Origin: Giardia intestinalis
Taxonomy: Eukaryota
Reading direction: 5' to 3' (one strand)
Assembly: GCA_000002435.2 (NCBI GenBank)
Contig: CM018792.1
Length of the DNA stretch: 64,000 nt
Part shown: one piece after another, positions 15,001 to 20,253 of the stretch
Numbering within the stretch: the stretch's first letter is position 1
Layout: the number at the start of each line of letters is the position of its first letter
Translations under genes and position numbers: made by a program
Notes under the pieces: generated by a model
The model's database searches: none
Told to the model about the DNA's origin: nothing
What the model saw: only the letters and a program-made list of their open reading frames with translations

Positions 15001-15583
15001 GACGAAGCTGGCATATCCAAGCCTCAAGCCACTGACCTCGTGGTTTGATGACCTAATTCAGCGCGTTGCATTCATGCGTCGTTGGCTCACAAACGGACAA
15101 CCAGCAACGTTCTGGATGTCTGGCCTATACTTCCCGCAAGGATTCATAACTGGTGTGCTCCAGATGCATGCACGTGAGTACAAGATCTCCGTGGACAGTC
15201 TGGTCTTTGACTTCCGCTACCTCACCACGTACGATGAGGAGAGCACGGCTTCCGCTGATCTCTGTGTGGAAACAGGGGTTCTGATTTATGGTTTGTATCT
15301 AGACTGCGGGTTTTTCGATCTCGACGGAGGCAAGCTGCTTCCTGCAAAGCCAGGGATCCTATATCCTCGCGTTCCGATTGTTCACTTTGCGCCAGTTAGC
15401 ATGGATTCAAAGGTAGTGAAAGGGTATAACGCACCAATTTACAAGACAAGTGAAAGAGCGGGGATACTGAGCTCTACGGGTCGGAGCACAAACCACATCA
15501 TGCCAATGGTGATTCCAACTGATGAGGACCCCAACTTCTTCATTCGACAGGGTTGTGCTGTTCTTTGCCAGCTGAACGATTGA
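92..15583 (+). CDS. dynein heavy chain (probably axonemal), 5163 aa, single exon
   Basis: Uninterrupted 15.5-kb ORF starting at ATG 92. AAA1 Walker A GPAGTGKT (nt ~6023-6046) in the classic dynein context ...[35 protein letters not shown]. Walker B [9 protein letters not shown]. AAA2 GAAKSGKT (nt ~6860), AAA3 GNTGSGKS (nt ~8690), AAA4 GFGGSGRKS (nt ~9820). Long N-terminal tail (~1.9 kb of protein before AAA1), coiled-coil stalk region (nt ~10.7-11.6 kb) and C-terminal domain. AT-rich initiator immediately upstream of the ATG. Confidence 0.9.
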   Translation: [5163 protein letters not shown]

Positions 15584-15592
15584 AAAAAAGCC

Positions 15593-16471
15593 ATGAATAA
15601 AAGTGAACGCAAGGTCTGGGCTATTGTATCTGGGGCGTGCGGTGGTGTTGGGCGAGAGCTCACAAAGCGCCTAAGTGCCATGGGAGTTTCCTTAATTCTA
15701 ACTGGGCGCGATGCTACTGTTCTCGATAGGCTCCGGCATTCTGTTGAAAGCCCTGCAGTATCGGTTAGGACATGTGTAGTCGACTTCGATTCCGAAACAT
15801 GGGAGCGTGATTGTAGGACGGTCCTTTCGGCAATTTCGGAAGAGAACCCGTCTATCCTTCTTTTCTTCAGCAATGCCGGATATGGGCTTTTTGAGCCATA
15901 TGAGGCGACGCCCTTTTCCGAAAAGACATCATTTATACAATGCAATGTTCAGCAACATGTGTACTTGACTGAGCTGCTCCTCTCATCACCCTTGAAAGAA
16001 AAATTAGTCTATGTCTGCTTTACTTCAAGCATTGCCTCCTTGATGCCTTTGCCATACTTTGGCCTCTACCATTCTGCAAAGGCATTTTTGAAAGCATACG
16101 CACAGGCCCTTGAAGAGACTGAAGAGGCAACGTGGAGTGAGACTTGCCCGTCCACTTCTATCAAGCAGTCTGTCTCTCAACTTATTGAGCCAACTGATAA
16201 GAAAATACGCACGCGATTCCATTACGTTATGCCTCACATTGTTAGTGGAACATCTTTCTACACAGCCCCGACCGTCAAGCGATCGAAATCAGCCCTCTTG
16301 TTTTCCCTTCTCCGAATTCCGCTCTTTAACACCACGCCTTCGAGAGTTGTAGATGCTATGCTCAACCCCACTGAGCGGCCCATAGTGGGCCTTGGTGGCA
16401 TACTGTGGGCGTGGGCCTACAGGGTTCTGCGGGCTGCCTTCCAGTTCAGTGCTCGCATGCGTTGCAAGTAA
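15593..16471 (+). CDS. short-chain dehydrogenase/reductase (SDR) family oxidoreductase
   Basis: ATG 9 nt after the dynein stop. N-terminal Rossmann motif AIVSGACGGVGRELT (TGxxxGxG-like). NAG-type motif FSNAGYG. Catalytic YxxxK present as YHSAKAF. 292 aa. Confidence 0.7.
   Translation: MNKSERKVWAIVSGACGGVGRELTKRLSAMGVSLILTGRDATVLDRLRHSVESPAVSVRTCVVDFDSETWERDCRTVLSAISEENPSILLFFSNAGYGLFEPYEATPFSEKTSFIQCNVQQHVYLTELLLSSPLKEKLVYVCFTSSIASLMPLPYFGLYHSAKAFLKAYAQALEETEEATWSETCPSTSIKQSVSQLIEPTDKKIRTRFHYVMPHIVSGTSFYTAPTVKRSKSALLFSLLRIPLFNTTPSRVVDAMLNPTERPIVGLGGILWAWAYRVLRAAFQFSARMRCK
15602..15608 (+). terminator. candidate Giardia-type polyadenylation signal (AGTGAAC) serving the dynein gene
   Basis: AGTGAAC matches the diplomonad AGTRAAY consensus. 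It lies 19 nt downstream of the dynein TGA (15581-15583), inside codons 4-6 of the downstream SDR CDS. Confidence 0.35.
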
Positions 16472-16632
16472 ATTGGACATGATCGTCTTTTGAACTGACT
16501 ACATCAATCCGGTGTGAAGTCTGTTGATTGAGAATGATGCTGTAGGATGACGGCTTTTGAGGTACATACCATTTATCACCAAGAGAGAAGCTTTGGACCT
16601 CGTCTCTTGCCCCCTGAAAAAACAACTAACTT

Positions 16633-18978
16633 ATGATTGCGCAGTGGTTCAATGCCATCTCCGCTGGCGACGTAGACTTCATAGAGAGAAACAGGCGGAT
16701 GATGGTCAAGACCCGTGACCGACAAAGACGGACTGCGTTGATGTGTGCCGTAGAAATGGACAACACCTCTATCGCACAACTTCTTTTGGACGACGAGGCA
16801 AACGAGTGCGATTCTCTGAATCACAATGTTCTGACAGCTATCCTTGCAAGGCCATCGTGTTTTGATGAGGCATTCAAGCTGCAAATGAAAGCTCAAAGAA
16901 CTCTGCCTTGCTCGTCCACGCCAAGTTACGAAATGATCAAGCTCCTAGCATCTCGTCTAGCAATGTGTCCTGACCTATCGGGGGTCCTGCCGATTGTGTA
17001 CGCCATTGAGAACAAACATATAGAATATCTCCCCGCGCTTATAGAGCCTACTCGTCGGTTCCTCATGAAACACAGCGAGCAGCTTAGTGTATTAGTACCA
17101 GGATACACGGGGCTTATGCTGGGCTGCATTCTTGGTGACATCAATCTCTGCAATCGGCATTGCCACCAAGTGCGATCTACTAACTTGGCCGGACAGACAG
17201 CCCTAATGATTAGTGCCATGCTTGGCTTCCATCAAGGTATAGGCTTTCTTTTACAGCATGAGATGAGAATGCGTGACAAGTATGGGTTCACTGCTCTGAT
17301 GTACTCCGCGATGATAGGGGATACAGACTCAATACGTACGCTTGGCCCACAGGAAGGTGATATCGTTTCCTCGACTGGATGCACAACGTCCATGATCGCC
17401 GCATATCACGGGCATGTCAGCGTTGTCTCTGGTCTGCGGAACATAGGGCAATATCAGCGACGCACGGATAACGAAGGTCGATCTCTGCTTATGTACGCTA
17501 TGTTTGGAGTGCCCCCGCAACATCTTTCTAACATCATCCAAGAATATTGTGGGATGCAGGATAACCAAGGGAAGACAGCCTTAATGTACGCTGCCGAGCG
17601 GGACTATGCTGAGCTTTGCCGTTTTCTTCTGCATTCAGAAGCTGACATTGTTGATACTACGGGGAGATGTGCTCTTTCTTATGCTCTTCGCACTCGCTCC
17701 TTCAACACTGCAAGGGTCATCCTCGGGTATAGGAATCGAGAAGTGGAGGTTGATGACTGGTCTCCTCTTATGCTTTGGGTGCTTAGAGGCAATAGAGGAG
17801 ATGTAGCACCTGATGATGCAGTACTCCAATGCCACCTAGGTAAAGCAACAGCCGAGGGGACCACTGCGCTAATGCTCGCTGCCATGTTTGGACATCTAGA
17901 GGCGGCAAAGCTCCTCCTGAGGGAAGCATGCATGCAGGAGAGTGCTGAGATTGGCGGGAGGTCTGCGCTCATGTATGCTATCCAATTTGGCCATGCAGAT
18001 GTAGCTGCTCTGTTGGTGAGTATAGAGCACTCACTCTTTGACTCGCATGGGCAGACAGCCCTCATGTATACTGTTAGATACAGCATGCCACAAGTGCTCC
18101 AACTCTTGCTGCCGCACGAGCTCCATGGAAGGGATAGCAATGGCATGACGGCACTCATTCATGCAGCAAAGGCAGGTGATCCAAATGCTGTTTCTCTTCT
18201 TCAGGATGAAGCAGGTGATGCCGACAATGAAGGGAGGACAGCACTGATGTACGCCCTTGCATACGATCATCAAGGATGCTACCAGTTCCTTTTTCCGGCC
18301 GAAGGAAATGTTGTTGACAAGTTAGGTCAATCTGCTCTAATTTATTTCAAAAACAAGCGCTTAGTACATTCCCAAATCCATATGATAACCCCTTCCTTCT
18401 CCTCGACTAGTCCTCCGCTTGACGTACATTCCACACCTCCCGTCTTTAAAACAGAGATACGGACCTTTAACAATAAGAAGGGCTCATTCTGTCACTTGAA
18501 TAGCCGTCCAGCTCCCATTTCCTTACCTAACATCGTTGTCCCTCCGATGAACTGCATAACTGATATCCTCAAGATGAACATTTTGGCGGAAACGGCGGAG
18601 CGAAACAGTTTTACGGAGTATCCATGGTCAGGAGCGCGGGCAATCCAGCTTCTATTGTTCCTCATGCAGCTGAAAAGCGTGGCTAATACCAAAGGCGAGG
18701 TTTCCAGTCAAACCCCCAATTCAGAGATGGAAGCAATCGCATCAGAAAATCTCTTTAGCGAGTCACTGACTCAATATCCTATCAAGTCGATAACTCCACA
18801 AGTTCGCCGAAAGAGCAACAAACTGCAGGTTGCGCAAAAGGAGCACGTCCCAAATATAGTGCTCTACCCATGCCAGCACTTTGTCTACACCCCAGTAAGC
18901 CCTGAGCTCCTGGATACACCACTACTTTGTCCAAAATGTCAGGCCCACGTTAAAAGCTACGATTGCTCTTCTAATTAG
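16633..18978 (+). CDS. ankyrin-repeat protein (Giardia protein 21.1-like), 781 aa
   Basis: Begins MIAQWFNAISAGD, the typical 21.1-family N-terminus. More than 15 tandem ~33-aa repeats with the G(R/Q)TALM(Y/L)AA signature (TALMCAV, TALMISA, TALMYSA, TALMYAA, TALMLAA, SALMYAI ...). C-terminal ~200 aa is non-repeat, with a small Cys/His cluster (CQHF...CPKC). Confidence 0.8.
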   Translation: MIAQWFNAISAGDVDFIERNRRMMVKTRDRQRRTALMCAVEMDNTSIAQLLLDDEANECDSLNHNVLTAILARPSCFDEAFKLQMKAQRTLPCSSTPSYEMIKLLASRLAMCPDLSGVLPIVYAIENKHIEYLPALIEPTRRFLMKHSEQLSVLVPGYTGLMLGCILGDINLCNRHCHQVRSTNLAGQTALMISAMLGFHQGIGFLLQHEMRMRDKYGFTALMYSAMIGDTDSIRTLGPQEGDIVSSTGCTTSMIAAYHGHVSVVSGLRNIGQYQRRTDNEGRSLLMYAMFGVPPQHLSNIIQEYCGMQDNQGKTALMYAAERDYAELCRFLLHSEADIVDTTGRCALSYALRTRSFNTARVILGYRNREVEVDDWSPLMLWVLRGNRGDVAPDDAVLQCHLGKATAEGTTALMLAAMFGHLEAAKLLLREACMQESAEIGGRSALMYAIQFGHADVAALLVSIEHSLFDSHGQTALMYTVRYSMPQVLQLLLPHELHGRDSNGMTALIHAAKAGDPNAVSLLQDEAGDADNEGRTALMYALAYDHQGCYQFLFPAEGNVVDKLGQSALIYFKNKRLVHSQIHMITPSFSSTSPPLDVHSTPPVFKTEIRTFNNKKGSFCHLNSRPAPISLPNIVVPPMNCITDILKMNILAETAERNSFTEYPWSGARAIQLLLFLMQLKSVANTKGEVSSQTPNSEMEAIASENLFSESLTQYPIKSITPQVRRKSNKLQVAQKEHVPNIVLYPCQHFVYTPVSPELLDTPLLCPKCQAHVKSYDCSSN

Positions 18979-19022
18979 CCTGCACGAACAATCTAAGGTG
19001 AATAAAAAGATTCATAATTGTA

Positions 19023-20231
19023 ATGAAATCAGGTTCTGGCCTTCCTCCCTGTCCTTTATTCTTCCAGGATGGCCGCGTGGCAGGGAAATATCTGCGTTAT
19101 ACAGTAGCACCCATTATCCTTGTCGCGGGGGCTCCACTCGTTTTAGTCCGCCTTTTCTTAGCTATTCTGGGATCTATCGTCTTCGTCGCTTTAGCTTTCC
19201 TCGTCAACCTGGGGACTGATGCAGCCAAGCCTCTTCCTCGCGCACGAGACAAGTTCTGTGTTGGGCTCTTTCATTGGTATAGTCTTTACATTTCAGTTGT
19301 TACGGGTTACTTTTACACGGTGAAAAATGAGCAGCTGTCACACCACAAGGATGCACCGGTTGTTGTGGCCAACCATTCTTCGATAATGGACGCCTTCACC
19401 TTTTCGCTCAAATGCTTCGGGCATCCCGTTGGCAAGGAAGGGGTTCTAAACAACTGGGCCATACGGCAGATATTCCTCGCCGCTAGAGTTGTGATTGTTA
19501 GGCGTCCTCCGTCGGCCGAGATGCGTGAGCTACTCCAGCTCTATACGTCCCCGAGTGCCTCCGAAGCTGAGATCATATCCCTCAATCCGCAAGATGAGAA
19601 CATCCCTGCGCGTGATGCGGAGAAGATTGCAAAGTATCAGAAGCTGCTTGAGAGGCGCAAGGCGTTTGGAATCGCTGGTACATCTGAGATCCTGTGGAAC
19701 CGCGTCCACGATAGCGAGAACGAGTGGAAGCAAATCGTCCTATTTCCTGAAGGAACAGTCACTCCAGCCAGTTGTTTTACCAGGTTTAAAACAGGCGCCT
19801 TCCGCCTAAACGTCCCAGTTCAACCAGTGACGGTGCGGTACCGCAGCATCCTATCGACATGTTGGCTTTCAGACAGTGTTCTATTCAATCTGTATAAGAT
19901 TCTTGCCAATCCTGTGACACTCGTTGAAATGGAGTTTCACGAACCAATGTCGCGCGCAAGTGAGGAGACTCCGCGAGCTTTTGCAGATAGGGTTGGCAAA
20001 TATATGGCAGATGCGCTTGGAGCCGTTTATACCAACTATACAAACGATGACATGCTCTATTTCTATGGATACAAGAACATATCTGCATGCACAGAGGATT
20101 GGATCCGCGACTATGGGTGGATGCAACGTCTGACCGACTTTTCTGCACGCTTCGGCATCAACCCTAACTTCGGGATAGACCAGGAATTTGTTGATAAGTG
20201 CTACTTACAGCATCTTAAAGAGAAGAAGTAA
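19023..20231 (+). CDS. membrane-bound glycerolipid/lysophospholipid acyltransferase (PlsC/LPLAT family)
   Basis: N-terminal hydrophobic helices (IILVAGAPLVLVRLFLAILGSIVFVALAFLV). Acyltransferase motif I HX4D as VVANHSSIMDAF. Motif III FPEGT as VLFPEGTVT. 402 aa. Confidence 0.7.
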   Translation: MKSGSGLPPCPLFFQDGRVAGKYLRYTVAPIILVAGAPLVLVRLFLAILGSIVFVALAFLVNLGTDAAKPLPRARDKFCVGLFHWYSLYISVVTGYFYTVKNEQLSHHKDAPVVVANHSSIMDAFTFSLKCFGHPVGKEGVLNNWAIRQIFLAARVVIVRRPPSAEMRELLQLYTSPSASEAEIISLNPQDENIPARDAEKIAKYQKLLERRKAFGIAGTSEILWNRVHDSENEWKQIVLFPEGTVTPASCFTRFKTGAFRLNVPVQPVTVRYRSILSTCWLSDSVLFNLYKILANPVTLVEMEFHEPMSRASEETPRAFADRVGKYMADALGAVYTNYTNDDMLYFYGYKNISACTEDWIRDYGWMQRLTDFSARFGINPNFGIDQEFVDKCYLQHLKEKK

Positions 20232-20253
20232 ATTTACAACATATGGTATCTGC

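Noticed and set aside
95-15945. Dozens of 60-170-codon ORFs antisense to or out of frame within the dynein gene and other large genes (e.g. 95-325, 4168-4620, 12841-13353, 15439-15945)
   Set aside because: Fully embedded in long conserved coding frames. Many use TTG/GTG starts. Typical shadow ORFs of a ~50% GC genome.
16472-16632. Possible C/D-box snoRNA (ATGATGC and CTGA boxes) in the SDR / ankyrin spacer
   Set aside because: Boxes are in the wrong order on the plus strand and no terminal stem was evident. Cannot support without covariance search.
16633-18978. Considered VSP/HCMP (cysteine-rich surface protein) identity for the Cys-containing C-terminus
   Set aside because: No CXXC repeat arrays and no CRGKA tail. 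The protein is an ankyrin 21.1-type protein.
18971-18984. Exact 14-mer CTAATTAGCCTGCA shared with 43048-43061, both upstream of plus-strand genes
   Set aside because: About 15 exact 14-mer coincidences are expected by chance in a 64-kb window on both strands. Distances to the ATGs differ (52 versus ~85 nt). Kept only as part of the palindrome note.
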